A stretch of DNA of 64,000 nt from Alphaproteobacteria bacterium (lineage in GTDB: Bacteria; Pseudomonadota; Alphaproteobacteria; SP197): NCBI GenBank assembly GCA_964291265.2, contig OZ219747.1, positions 2,880,001 to 2,944,000 of the forward strand, written 5' to 3'. The position numbers and the translations under genes were made by a program. Under the pieces are notes generated by a model. That model was not told the DNA's origin. It ran no database searches and was given only the letters and a program-made list of their open reading frames with translations. Positions 32,993 to 43,111 of this stretch are shown one piece after another (position 1 is the stretch's first letter; the number at the start of each line of letters is the position of its first letter).

Positions 32993-34528
32993 ATGGACAT
33001 GGCAGAATCGCGTGGACGGCGTGGGGGCCGGGCGAGGCGCCATCGCGAGCGTATCGGTGCGCCCATCGTCCAGCAGCGTTACATCACGCGCGAGATACCG
33101 GTCTACGAACTCCTCGACGAGGCGGGAGTCGAGCTGCTTCACGACACCTCCATGCAGATCCTCGAGGAGACAGGCATCGACTTCCTCGACGATGACGCTT
33201 GCCGCCAGTGGAAGGAGGTGGGCGCCGATGTGACCGGGCGGCGGGTGAGGATTCCGCGGGCCCTGATCGAGAACCTCCTCGCCATGGTGCCGGAAAGCTA
33301 TGTCCAGATGGCGCGCAACACCGAGCGCAACGTGGTGGTGGGTGGCGGCAACACGGTCTTTGCCCCCACCTTTGGCTCGCCCTTCGTACGTGATCTTGCC
33401 AATCAGCGGCGCTATGCGACACTCCAGGACCTTCAGAACTTCGTCAAGCTCGCCTACATGTCGCCGGTCCTCCATCATTCCGGAGGAATCATCTGCGAGC
33501 CGGTGGACGTGCCGGTGCCCAGGCGTCATCTCGATATCGTCTACTCCCATATGAAGTACTCCGACAAGCCGTTCATGGGTGTGCAATCGGCCCCCGAACG
33601 CGCTCTCGATTCGTGCCGCATGTGCGAGATCCTCTTCGGCGCCGACACCATTCGCGAGAACACGGTGATGACCTCGGTGGTCAACTGCAATTCGCCCCTG
33701 GTCTGGGACGGCTCCATGCTTGGCGCGTTGCGCCACTATGCCGAGCACAACCAGGCTGTTCTCGTGACCCCGTTCATCATGGCCGGGGCCATGGCCCCGG
33801 TGGTGACCGCAGGCGCCATCGCTCAGCTCAATGCCGAGGTGGTGTCGGGCCTCGCCTACGCCCAGATCGTCCGACCCGGCGTGCCCATGGTCTACGGCAG
33901 CTTCCTTGCCACCGTCTCGATGCGGTCGGGAGCACCCATGATGGGAACGCCGGAGACCCTGCAGATGATCTACGCGGTGGGGCAGCTCGCCCGCCGCTAC
34001 CGGGTCCCGCTGCGATCCGGGGGCATGCTCAACGGCGCCAAGATCGCCGATGCCCAGGCGGCCTACGAATCGATGCAGACCATGACGGCAACACTGCTGG
34101 CAGGAACCAACTTCGTGCTGCATGCGGCGGGCTGGCTCGAGGCGGGACTGACCGCCGGCTACGGCAAGTTCATCATGGACATCGAACAGGTGGCGATGCT
34201 GCAGAGTTTCTGCCGCCGGCTTGACCTTTCGGAGAACGGTCTCGGTCTCGAGGCGATACGCGAGGTCGGTCCGGGCCATCACTTCCTCGGTTGTGCTCAT
34301 ACCAGGCGGAACTACCTCGAAGGGTTCTTCATACCCGAGATCGCCGACAACAACAGTTTCGAGCAGTGGCAGGCCGAGGGCGAACTCACCCATGACGAGC
34401 GCGCGGTGGCCGTCGCCCGGCGGCGCCTGGAAGCCTACGAGCCGCCACCGCTGGACGAGGCCCGGGACGAGGCGTTGCAGGACTTCATGGCCCGGCGCAA
34501 GGCGGAACTGCCCGATGCTGTCGGTTGA
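32993..34528 (+). CDS. Trimethylamine methyltransferase (MttB) family, non-pyrrolysine
   Basis: RRGGRARR N-terminus, CEPVDVP..RHLD, SDKPFMG, NCNSPL.WD, TPFIMAGAMAPV, MRSGAP, LHAAGWLEAGL; no internal TAG. Confidence 0.92.
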   Translation: MDMAESRGRRGGRARRHRERIGAPIVQQRYITREIPVYELLDEAGVELLHDTSMQILEETGIDFLDDDACRQWKEVGADVTGRRVRIPRALIENLLAMVPESYVQMARNTERNVVVGGGNTVFAPTFGSPFVRDLANQRRYATLQDLQNFVKLAYMSPVLHHSGGIICEPVDVPVPRRHLDIVYSHMKYSDKPFMGVQSAPERALDSCRMCEILFGADTIRENTVMTSVVNCNSPLVWDGSMLGALRHYAEHNQAVLVTPFIMAGAMAPVVTAGAIAQLNAEVVSGLAYAQIVRPGVPMVYGSFLATVSMRSGAPMMGTPETLQMIYAVGQLARRYRVPLRSGGMLNGAKIADAQAAYESMQTMTATLLAGTNFVLHAAGWLEAGLTAGYGKFIMDIEQVAMLQSFCRRLDLSENGLGLEAIREVGPGHHFLGCAHTRRNYLEGFFIPEIADNNSFEQWQAEGELTHDERAVAVARRRLEAYEPPPLDEARDEALQDFMARRKAELPDAVG

Positions 34529-34541
34529 AACGGGCTGATGT

Positions 34542-35228
34542 TCACAGACCGGCAAGTGCCGGGATGAGGTCCTCCATGCGGTCGATCGTGCAGTCGGCGC
34601 CCAGCGAAGCGGGCGGCCCGCCGGCATAGCCGTAACTGACAACGACACACGGCATGCCGGCGCCGTGGGCGGCGGCGACATCGGCGTGGCTGTCTCCCAC
34701 CATGACGGCTTCCACGGCGCCCACGCCGAGGCGGTCGAGAACGATGGCCAGATGGGCCGGATCGGGTTTCATCACGCCGGCGTCCCCGCCGACCACGGCG
34801 CCGATGGCCTGCCCGAGTCCGAAGGTGGCAATGACATGGTCGGCGCCGGCCTGCCGCTTGTTGGTGCACACGCCGATCGCCGTGCCGTCCCGGTGGAGTG
34901 AGTCAAGGGTCCGGGCGACACCTGGGTAGAGGCTTGAAAGGCGTGTGCTGCGCGGCAGGTAGAACTCGCGAAACCTCTCCTCGATGGCGGATTCATCTCC
35001 GTCGGGCATGCCACCGGTCATGGCCATGGCGCGTTCCAGGAGACCCGCCCAGCCGTTGCCCACCATGTCCCGCACCGTCCGTTCGGTCAGCGCCCGGCGC
35101 CCGTAGTCGGCCATCAACATGTTGATGGCATCGGCGATATCCGGTGCACTGTCGATCAGTGTTCCGTCGAGGTCGAAGATGACCGCGCGGAACCTGTGGG
35201 GGCGAACGGTCGTCATGTGCGCTCGCAT
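34542..35228 (-). CDS. gph: Phosphoglycolate phosphatase (HAD family)
   Basis: FDLDGTLIDSAPD, CTNK, KPDP, MVGDS..D; divergent from glmU. Confidence 0.85.
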   Translation of the reverse strand: MRAHMTTVRPHRFRAVIFDLDGTLIDSAPDIADAINMLMADYGRRALTERTVRDMVGNGWAGLLERAMAMTGGMPDGDESAIEERFREFYLPRSTRLSSLYPGVARTLDSLHRDGTAIGVCTNKRQAGADHVIATFGLGQAIGAVVGGDAGVMKPDPAHLAIVLDRLGVGAVEAVMVGDSHADVAAAHGAGMPCVVVSYGYAGGPPASLGADCTIDRMEDLIPALAGL

Positions 35229-35325
35229 GGTTGGCGGCTGAATGGTGTCATTGAGTGTTGCAATTCTTGACTTCGGTCACTTTTTCAAGTGTGGCACCAA
35301 CCACTGGTTGCCGAAAGGGACATGC

Positions 35326-36687
35326 ATGGATTCCGTTCTCGCTCTGAAGGATGTCGCCGTCGTGGTCCTCGCGGCAGGACGGGGCACGCGCATGAAATCG
35401 GATCTGCCCAAGGCCATGCATACCATTGTCGGCAGGCCCATGGTGAATCACGTTATTGCTGCCGCCGCCGAGATCGCACCCGAACGCATTGTCGTGGTGA
35501 CCGGACCGCGAGACCAGAAGACGGCCGAAGCCGTCAGGCCTGCCCGTGTCGTCATCCAGGTCGAGCCACGCGGTACGGCCGACGCCGTCAAGGCGGCGCG
35601 CGGCGCCCTTGAAGGACTGGCTGACGACGGAGACATCGTGGTGCTGTTCGGCGATGCGCCGACGCTGGAGGCGTCGGCCATTCATGATCTCGTGAGGGTG
35701 CGGCGCAGCAGAAGTGCCGTGGCCTCGGTCCTGGGGGTTCATGTCACCTCCGCCAACCGCTACGGCCGGCTGGTGATGGATGCCGACGGCACACTCGAGA
35801 GAATTGTCGAGTTCCATGATGCAGGCGCGGTCGAGCGTGCCTCGACGCTGTGCAATTCAGGGATGATGAGCATCGAAACAGGCCATCTCTTCGCTCTCCT
35901 TGACGAGGTCTCCGACGACAACGCCAGGGGCGAATACTACCTTTCCGACATCGTCGCCATTGCCCGCCGCCGCGGTCTTGCCACCGCCGTTCTCGAGACC
36001 ACCGACCCCGACGATACCGTCGGCGCCGACGACCGCGTGGACCTGGCCCGCTTCGAGGCGGTCATGCAACGCCGCCTGCGCCATGCCGCCATGACTGCCG
36101 GCTGTTCGATGATGGCGCCGGAGTCGGTGTGGCTCTCCTGGGACACGGTGATCGGGGCCGATGTCGTGATCGAGCCCGACGTGGTGATCCGCCCTGGCGT
36201 GACGATCGGCAAGGGTGCCATCATCCGCAGCTTCAGCCATCTCGAGGACTGTCATGTCGGCGAAGGCGCCGTGATCGGCCCCTTTGCCCGGCTGCGTCCC
36301 GGAACCCGCCTCGGAGCCAGCACGAGAATCGGCAACTTCGTCGAGATCAAGGCGTCGACGCTGGAGTCGGGCGTCAAGGCGAACCATCTGGCCTATGTCG
36401 GCGACGCCGAGGTCGGTGCCGGGACAAACCTCGGAGCCGGAGTCGTGATCTGCAACTACGACGGGGTGACCAAGCATCCGACGCGGATAGGGAAGGAGGC
36501 GTTCATTGGATCCAACGCCTCCCTGGTGGCGCCGCTCACCATTGGCGACGGCACGATGGTCGGCGCCGGCAGCACGATCACCCGGGATGTCGGCGACGAT
36601 GCAGTGGCCCTCGAAAGGGCGCCGCAGACCGTTCGCGAACGTGTGGCCTCCCGCTGGCGCCGCAGCAGGTCAGACAGCCGGAGCTGA
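35326..36687 (+). CDS. glmU: Bifunctional GlmU
   Basis: LAAGRGTRMKS..PK, YGRL, IVE..DA, EYYL.D, GPFARLRP, NFVEIK, HLAYVGDA, CNYDG. Confidence 0.96.
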   Translation: MDSVLALKDVAVVVLAAGRGTRMKSDLPKAMHTIVGRPMVNHVIAAAAEIAPERIVVVTGPRDQKTAEAVRPARVVIQVEPRGTADAVKAARGALEGLADDGDIVVLFGDAPTLEASAIHDLVRVRRSRSAVASVLGVHVTSANRYGRLVMDADGTLERIVEFHDAGAVERASTLCNSGMMSIETGHLFALLDEVSDDNARGEYYLSDIVAIARRRGLATAVLETTDPDDTVGADDRVDLARFEAVMQRRLRHAAMTAGCSMMAPESVWLSWDTVIGADVVIEPDVVIRPGVTIGKGAIIRSFSHLEDCHVGEGAVIGPFARLRPGTRLGASTRIGNFVEIKASTLESGVKANHLAYVGDAEVGAGTNLGAGVVICNYDGVTKHPTRIGKEAFIGSNASLVAPLTIGDGTMVGAGSTITRDVGDDAVALERAPQTVRERVASRWRRSRSDSRS

Positions 36688-36694
36688 CGGTCCC

Positions 36695-38518
36695 ATGTGC
36701 GGAATCATCGGCTATCTCGGGAGCGGCGAGGCGGTTCCGGTTCTCCTCGACGGACTGCGCCGCCTCGAGTATCGCGGCTACGACTCGGCGGGCATCGCGG
36801 TCCTCGGTCAGGAGGGAATCGTGCGCCGGCGCGCGGCCGGCAAGATCGCCAATCTCGAGACCATGCTGACCTCGAAAGGGATGACGGGCGAGGCCGGAGT
36901 GGGCCACACTCGATGGGCGACCCACGGAGCGCCCACGCGAAGGAATGCACACCCTCACATGACCGGGCGTGTCGCCGTCGTCCACAACGGCATCATCGAG
37001 AATTACCGCGCGCTGCGCGATGACATGCGTGCCGGGGGGCGCTGTTTCGAGTCGGAGACGGACACCGAGGTGGTGGCCCACCTGTTCGATGCGTTGCTGC
37101 AGGCCGAAGGAACTCCGGCAGCGGCCATGACGGCCCTGATGAACCGTCTCGAGGGCATGTTTGCTCTCGCCATTCTCATCGAAGGCGACGACGTGGCGCT
37201 CGCCGGAGCAAGGCGGGGAGCACCGCTTGTGGTGGGCTGGGGCGACGGCGGCCTCTTCCTTGCGTCCGATGCCATCGCCTTGGCCGGTCACACCCGCAAG
37301 GTCTCCTACCTGGAAGAGAATGATCTTGCACTTGTTCGCCGGGGCGGTGTCGAGATTCTCGACACGGGTAGTCGTCCCGTGGAACGTCCGGTGGTGGATA
37401 CCGAACTTTCCGGCGCGGTGATCGGGAAGGGGAACTACCGCCATTTCATGGAAAAGGAAATCCATGAGCAGCCGGTGGCCGTGGGCGAAACACTGGGACG
37501 CTATCTCGACCCCGAGTCCCGCTCGATCACGATTCCCGGTGCGGCGCTCGGCCCCGGCGCGGTCGAACGGATGACCCTCATCGCCTGCGGCACCGCCTAC
37601 TATGCCGCCCTCATCGGCAAGTACTGGCTCGAGCGCCTGGCCGGACTGCCTGCCGACGCCGACATTGCCTCGGAGTTCCGCTACCGCCGGGCGCCGATGG
37701 TCGAAAACTGTCTCGGTGTCTTCATCTCGCAGTCGGGGGAGACGGCCGACACCCTGGCCGCCATGCGCTATGCCCGTGGTCTCGGCAGGACCGTCCTTGC
37801 CGTCACCAACACCGAGACCAGCACGGCGGCGCGGGAGGCGGACCTGGTCCTTGCGACCCATGCCGGTCCCGAGATCGGCGTGGCCGCAACCAAGACCTTC
37901 ACCGCCCAGGTGGCCGTCCTCTTCTGCCTTGCCGTGGCGACGGCGCGCGACCGCGGGACCATCGACCATCATGAGGCCGTCCGTCTTGCGGGCGTTCTGA
38001 CCACTCTGCCGTCAACGCTGGCCCGAGTCATCGCCATGGAGGAGGAGTTCCGGCACATCGCCTGGGACATCGCCGAGGCGCGTCATGTTCTCTACCTCGG
38101 CCGCGGCACGTCCGCCGTCGTTGCCATGGAGGGAGCACTGAAGCTCAAGGAAATCAGCTACATTCACGCTGAAGCCCACGCTGCGGGCGAGATGAAGCAC
38201 GGGCCCATCGCTCTGATTGACGAGCATGTTCCGGTCATCGTCGTTGCCCCGGGTGACGAACTCTTCGACAAGACGATGTCCAACGTCGAGGAAGCGAGGG
38301 CGCGCGGCGGCAGGATCATCCTCATCACGGACGAGACCGGCGCCGCCAATGCGGGACCTGTGGCCGACAGGATGGTTGTCCTGCCCGCCGTCGACAGCCT
38401 GGTCACGCCGCTCGTTCACGCCATCCCGGTGCAGATGATCGCCTACCACGCTGCCGTGCGCAAGGGCACGGATGTCGATCAGCCGCGCAATCTCGCCAAG
38501 AGCGTCACGGTCGAATAG
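36695..38518 (+). CDS. glmS: Glutamine--fructose-6-phosphate aminotransferase
   Basis: MCGIIG, LEYRGYDSAG, GHTRWATHG, SQSGETAD, PRNLAKSVTVE. Confidence 0.98.
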   Translation: MCGIIGYLGSGEAVPVLLDGLRRLEYRGYDSAGIAVLGQEGIVRRRAAGKIANLETMLTSKGMTGEAGVGHTRWATHGAPTRRNAHPHMTGRVAVVHNGIIENYRALRDDMRAGGRCFESETDTEVVAHLFDALLQAEGTPAAAMTALMNRLEGMFALAILIEGDDVALAGARRGAPLVVGWGDGGLFLASDAIALAGHTRKVSYLEENDLALVRRGGVEILDTGSRPVERPVVDTELSGAVIGKGNYRHFMEKEIHEQPVAVGETLGRYLDPESRSITIPGAALGPGAVERMTLIACGTAYYAALIGKYWLERLAGLPADADIASEFRYRRAPMVENCLGVFISQSGETADTLAAMRYARGLGRTVLAVTNTETSTAAREADLVLATHAGPEIGVAATKTFTAQVAVLFCLAVATARDRGTIDHHEAVRLAGVLTTLPSTLARVIAMEEEFRHIAWDIAEARHVLYLGRGTSAVVAMEGALKLKEISYIHAEAHAAGEMKHGPIALIDEHVPVIVVAPGDELFDKTMSNVEEARARGGRIILITDETGAANAGPVADRMVVLPAVDSLVTPLVHAIPVQMIAYHAAVRKGTDVDQPRNLAKSVTVE

Positions 38519-38528
38519 GTCCGTCGCT

Positions 38529-39710
38529 TCAGCCTGTCGTCGGCTCGATGGCCCTTGTGATACGTGTCATCGCGGACGTCACCATGGTGCGGGGACAGGC
38601 GAGGTTGAGGCGCAGGAAACCCCGCGCCATGGTGCCGAAGTCGCTTCCCGCCTGAACGAGCAGTCGTTCACTGTTGATCAGACGGTCCATGAGATCCTCT
38701 TCCTCAAGGCCGGTTCCCGTCGTGTCGAGCCACTTCAGGTAGGTGGCCTCGGCCTTCACCGGAACCACGCCGGCGAGTTCCCGGGCGCACCACTGGTCGA
38801 CCGTCGACATGTTGTCGGCGACGTGATCGAGAAATGCGTCGAGCCAGGCGCCGCCGTGGGCGTAACCGGCGAGAGCGGCGGCCCGGGAGACCGGATTGAC
38901 GCCCCATTCCCCGCTTCCGCGCACGGAGTCCTCGAACCGTTCGCGAAGTCCCTGTGAGGGAATGACGATGTTGCTGAGGCCAAGGCCGGCGAGGTTCATT
39001 GTCTTGGACAGGCCGTTTGCCGCGATCACCTCGATGTCGTGGCCGTCGCAGACGGACAGGAACGGCACCAGTCGACCGGGAGGCAGCACGAGGTCGCCGT
39101 GAATCTCGTCGGCGAAGACCATCACCCGGTATCGGGCGGCGATCGACGCAAGGTGGTGAAGCTCGTCCGCCGTGAAGTTGCGGCCGGTGGGATTGTGGGG
39201 ATTGCACAGGATGAACAGCCGTGTGGCCTGATCCCGGCAGGCGCCCTCGAATGCCTCGAAGTCGATGGCATAGGAGTCTCCGTGGCGCACCAATCGACTG
39301 GTGATGACACGGTGGCCGTTGAGGGTGACGGCATCCAGAAGGGGCGGAAACGCAGGTGTCATCACCACGACGCCGGAATTCGGCGGCAGAAAGGCGCGAA
39401 TCATCTGGAAGAGCGAGGGAAGGACGCCGTGATGGGTCACCACCCACTCCGGGCTGATGACGTGGTGATGGCGCTCCATCTGCCAGGCGGCAACGGCTTC
39501 GAAGTAGGCATCACCGGCCTCGGTATAGCCGAAAATGCCATGTTCGACGCGTTCCGCCATCGCCTTCAGCACCGGCTCCGGTGCCGGAATCTCCATATCG
39601 GCAATGGACATCGCCAACAGGGGAGGGTCGTCATTGGCCGTCGCCTGCGCCCACTTGGCAGCACTCGTGCCGCGCCTGTCGATTGCCTGCTCAAAGTCGA
39701 ATTCCGTCAT
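38529..39710 (-). CDS. MalY/PatB family PLP-dependent C-S lyase
   Basis: FDF..IDRRGT..KW, MSIADM, HGIFGY, LCNPHNPTG, DEIHGD, SKT.NLAG, RLNLAC. Confidence 0.9.
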   Translation of the reverse strand: MTEFDFEQAIDRRGTSAAKWAQATANDDPPLLAMSIADMEIPAPEPVLKAMAERVEHGIFGYTEAGDAYFEAVAAWQMERHHHVISPEWVVTHHGVLPSLFQMIRAFLPPNSGVVVMTPAFPPLLDAVTLNGHRVITSRLVRHGDSYAIDFEAFEGACRDQATRLFILCNPHNPTGRNFTADELHHLASIAARYRVMVFADEIHGDLVLPPGRLVPFLSVCDGHDIEVIAANGLSKTMNLAGLGLSNIVIPSQGLRERFEDSVRGSGEWGVNPVSRAAALAGYAHGGAWLDAFLDHVADNMSTVDQWCARELAGVVPVKAEATYLKWLDTTGTGLEEEDLMDRLINSERLLVQAGSDFGTMARGFLRLNLACPRTMVTSAMTRITRAIEPTTG

Positions 39711-39792
39711 TCCCTTCGCCGCCGCCGCAGTCTACATTCGCCCTCGTCGGCAAGCCGTCCGTCTCCTTTATCGAACATTGCGAGGATTTCCC

Positions 39793-41250
39793 ATGGATCT
39801 CAGTGACGCAACCCTGTTTCGCCAACGGTGCTATATCGACGGTGCCTGGTGCGATGCCGATGCGGGCGACGCCATCGATGTCAGGAATCCGGCCACCTCC
39901 GGAGTGCTCGGAACCATTCCCCGCATGGGCACGGCCGAAACCCGCAGGGCCATCGAGGCCGCTGCGGCTGCATTGCCGGCCTGGAAGGCGAAGACGGCGA
40001 AGGAGCGGGCATTGGTGCTGCGCCGCTGGTTCGAGCTGATGCTCGAGAACCAGGAGGACCTGGCACGGCTCATGACCCTCGAACAGGGCAAGCCCCTGGC
40101 CGAGGCGCGTGGCGAGATTGCCTATGCCGCGAGCTTCATCGAGTGGTTTGCCGAGGAGGGCAAGAGAGTCTACGGCGAGACCATTCCCCAGCACCTCGCC
40201 GATCGCCGCATCCTGGTCTTGCGTGAACCCGTTGGCGTGGTGGGCGCGATCACACCGTGGAATTTTCCTTCTGCCATGATCACGCGCAAGGCCGGTCCGG
40301 CACTCGCCGCGGGCTGCACCATTGTCTGCAAGCCGGCGACCGAGACCCCCTATTCAGCCCTTGCTCTCGCAGATCTTGGCGAACGCGCCGGATTGCCGAA
40401 GGGAGTTCTCAACATCCTGACCGGCAAGTCGGCGGAGATCGGCAACGAACTCACTTGTCATCCCGCGGTCCGCAAGATCACCTTCACCGGCTCCACGGAG
40501 ATCGGCAAGATGCTGATGGAACAGGCGGCATCCACGGTCAAGAAGGTCACCATGGAGCTGGGCGGCAATGCGCCCTTCCTGGTGTTCGACGATGCCGATC
40601 TCGATGCCGCGGTCGAGGGCGCCATCCAGTCGAAGTTCCGCAACATGGGGCAGACCTGCGTCTGCGCCAACCGGATCTATGTCCACTCCGCGGTCCACGA
40701 TGCCTTCGCCGAGAGACTTGCGGCGCGGGTCAGCGAGATGAAGGTGGGCAATGGCCTCGACGAGGGCGTCGTTCAGGGCCCCCTGATCAACGAGGCCGCG
40801 GTCGACAAGGTGGAGGAGCACATTGCTGATGCCTCGGCGAAGGGCGCGCGTGTCCTCGTTGGTGGACAGCGTCACGCGCTCGGCGGCACCTTCTTCGAGC
40901 CGACGGTCATGGCGGACGTCAATCCGCAGATGCTCGTGGCGCGCGACGAGACCTTCGGTCCCCTGGCGCCGATCTTCCGGTTCGAGCGCGAGGACGAGGC
41001 GGTTTCCCTCGCCAACGACACGGAGTTCGGTCTTGCCAGCTATTTCTATGCCCGCGATATCGGCCGTATCTGGCGTGTCAGCGAGGGCCTGGAATACGGT
41101 ATCGTCGGCGTCAACACCGGTATCATCTCCACGGAAGTGGCACCGTTCGGAGGCGTGAAGGAATCGGGAGTCGGGCGCGAAGGCAGCCACATGGGAATCG
41201 ACGAGTACGTCGAATCCAAGTACGTCTGTGTGGCCGGCGTCGACAGCTGA
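39793..41250 (+). CDS. gabD: NAD(P)-dependent succinate-semialdehyde dehydrogenase
   Basis: ITPWNFPSAMITRK, FTGST, MELGGNAP, GQTCVC, ETFGP, PFGGVKESG.GREGS. Confidence 0.95.
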   Translation: MDLSDATLFRQRCYIDGAWCDADAGDAIDVRNPATSGVLGTIPRMGTAETRRAIEAAAAALPAWKAKTAKERALVLRRWFELMLENQEDLARLMTLEQGKPLAEARGEIAYAASFIEWFAEEGKRVYGETIPQHLADRRILVLREPVGVVGAITPWNFPSAMITRKAGPALAAGCTIVCKPATETPYSALALADLGERAGLPKGVLNILTGKSAEIGNELTCHPAVRKITFTGSTEIGKMLMEQAASTVKKVTMELGGNAPFLVFDDADLDAAVEGAIQSKFRNMGQTCVCANRIYVHSAVHDAFAERLAARVSEMKVGNGLDEGVVQGPLINEAAVDKVEEHIADASAKGARVLVGGQRHALGGTFFEPTVMADVNPQMLVARDETFGPLAPIFRFEREDEAVSLANDTEFGLASYFYARDIGRIWRVSEGLEYGIVGVNTGIISTEVAPFGGVKESGVGREGSHMGIDEYVESKYVCVAGVDS

Positions 41251-41267
41251 CACGGATTCCTGAAGGA

Positions 41268-42623
41268 ATGGGTTCCTTCGACTACGATCTCGTCGTCATC
41301 GGCGGCGGCTCGGGAGGGGTGCGCGCAGCACGGTTTTCCGCGGCCGCAGGCGCCCGCGTGGCGATTATCGAAGAACGTGACTGGGGTGGAACCTGTGTCA
41401 ATGCAGGGTGCATTCCCAAGAAGCTCTTCGGTTATGCAGCCCATTGCAGCGAAGAGTTCCAGAATGCCCGGCGCTTCGGCTGGTCATCCATGGATCCCCT
41501 CTTCGACTGGCCGACGCTGCGTGACAACAAGTCGGCCGAGATCGCCAGGCTGAACGGCATCTACGTGAACATGCTCAAGGACGCCGGCTGCAGGGTTCTC
41601 AAGGGCCGCGCCCGCCTCGCCGGTCCCCACGAGGTGGACGTCAACGGTCAGCGGTTCCTCACCGCGAACATTCTTGTCGCCTCCGGGGGCTGGCCATACG
41701 TACCGGACGTTCCGGGCAGGGACCACGTCATCACGTCGAACGAGTGCTTCTTCCTCGACGAACTGCCCCGGAGCATCGTCATCGTCGGTGGCGGATACAT
41801 CGCGGCGGAGTTCGCCGGAATCTTTCACGGCCTCGGTGTCGAGGTCACGCAGCTCTACCGGGGAGACCTCTTCCTGCGCGGCTTCGACGAGGATGTTCGG
41901 CGCCACCTCGCCGGAGAAATGCGGACGAAGGGGATCGATCTCAGGTTCTCCAGCGACGTGGCGGCCATCACCCGCAAGGAGAGCGGTTTTTCCGTCAGTC
42001 TGGCCGACGGCGCCTCCCTGGACACCGGCCTGGTCATGTATGCCACCAGCCGTCGGCCGCTGACCTCCGGTCTCGGGCTCGAGGACGTCGGCGTGGCTGT
42101 CAACCATGACGGCACCATTCCGGTTGACGACCACTTCCGCACCAACGTGCCGTCGGTTTTCGCCATTGGCGACGTTCTCGGCCGTATCGAGCTGACGCCG
42201 GTGGCAACCACCGAGGGCATGGCGGTGGCCGCCACGCTCTTCGGCGCCGGGCCGAAGAGCGTCGACTACTCGAACGTCCCGTCGGCCGTCTTCAGCCAGC
42301 CGGAACTGGCCGCGGTGGGCCTGACGGAATCAGAGGCACGCCGACGGTATGCCGATGGCGTCGACGTCTACCTGACCCGTTTCAGGCCCCTTCGCCACAC
42401 GATCTCCCTGAACGAAGAGAAGACCCTGATGAAGCTTGTCGTGGCCTCGGCCACGGACCGCGTCGTCGGGGTTCACATGGTGGGAGAGGATGCCGCCGAG
42501 ATCCTGCAGGGATTTGCGGTGGCCCTCAAGGCCGGCGCCACCAAGGCCGATTTCGACGCCACGGTCGGTATCCATCCGACCAGCGCCGAGGAGTTCGTGA
42601 CCATGCGCCAGAAGGCTGCGTGA
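41268..42623 (+). CDS. gor: Glutathione-disulfide reductase
   Basis: GGGSGG, GGTCVNAGCIPKK, GGGYIA.EFA, LTPVA, GIHPTSAEE. Confidence 0.95.
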   Translation: MGSFDYDLVVIGGGSGGVRAARFSAAAGARVAIIEERDWGGTCVNAGCIPKKLFGYAAHCSEEFQNARRFGWSSMDPLFDWPTLRDNKSAEIARLNGIYVNMLKDAGCRVLKGRARLAGPHEVDVNGQRFLTANILVASGGWPYVPDVPGRDHVITSNECFFLDELPRSIVIVGGGYIAAEFAGIFHGLGVEVTQLYRGDLFLRGFDEDVRRHLAGEMRTKGIDLRFSSDVAAITRKESGFSVSLADGASLDTGLVMYATSRRPLTSGLGLEDVGVAVNHDGTIPVDDHFRTNVPSVFAIGDVLGRIELTPVATTEGMAVAATLFGAGPKSVDYSNVPSAVFSQPELAAVGLTESEARRRYADGVDVYLTRFRPLRHTISLNEEKTLMKLVVASATDRVVGVHMVGEDAAEILQGFAVALKAGATKADFDATVGIHPTSAEEFVTMRQKAA

Positions 42624-42640
42624 CGGCCCGGGATGGGGTG

Positions 42641-42716
42641 TGGTGCCGGGTGCGGGACTCGAACTCGCGACCTACCGCTTACAAGGCGGTTGCTCTACCA
42701 ACTGAGCTAACCCGGC
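42641..42716 (-). tRNA. tRNA-Thr(UGU)
   Basis: GCCGGGTTAGCTCAGTTGGTAGAGC...ACCGC-CTTGTAA-GCGGT...GTTCGAGTC...CCCGGCACCA. Confidence 0.96.
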
Positions 42717-43111
42717 TCCCGCCGTTTCGTAGCACGGGGCCACGCCCCTTGTGAAACACTCCTGCCCGGCGGGGAGGGCCGGGGTTGCCTCGTACTCCCG
42801 AACGACGACACTGCCATCCGCTCCGGCGGAACCGCCCTCTTCCTGTGGGCGCCCTCGTTCGCCACAGGCGGATGCTTCCCGGGAATCCGGGACATTGCGC
42901 GGTCGTCCCGGCGCCTGCACAGGGTCACGATGCAGCCCTGGTGCTGCTCACCGACACCGAAGACATCGCGAAGTTCGACAACGGCCTCGACCCGCGATCC
43001 CGGATCGCGATGCGCGCCGTCTGCCCGGTCGAGGATGTCGTCGTCCTCCCTCGGGCATGCTGCGCAAGGGGGATTCGGTCGATATGATGGCTGCGAACCG
43101 GGAGACATGGC

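Noticed and set aside
42785-43087. Possible small ORF or gene fragment (LLTDTEDIAKFDNGLDP...) upstream of the MBL fusion
   Set aside because: Only the 3' part looks coding and I cannot assign it to any family
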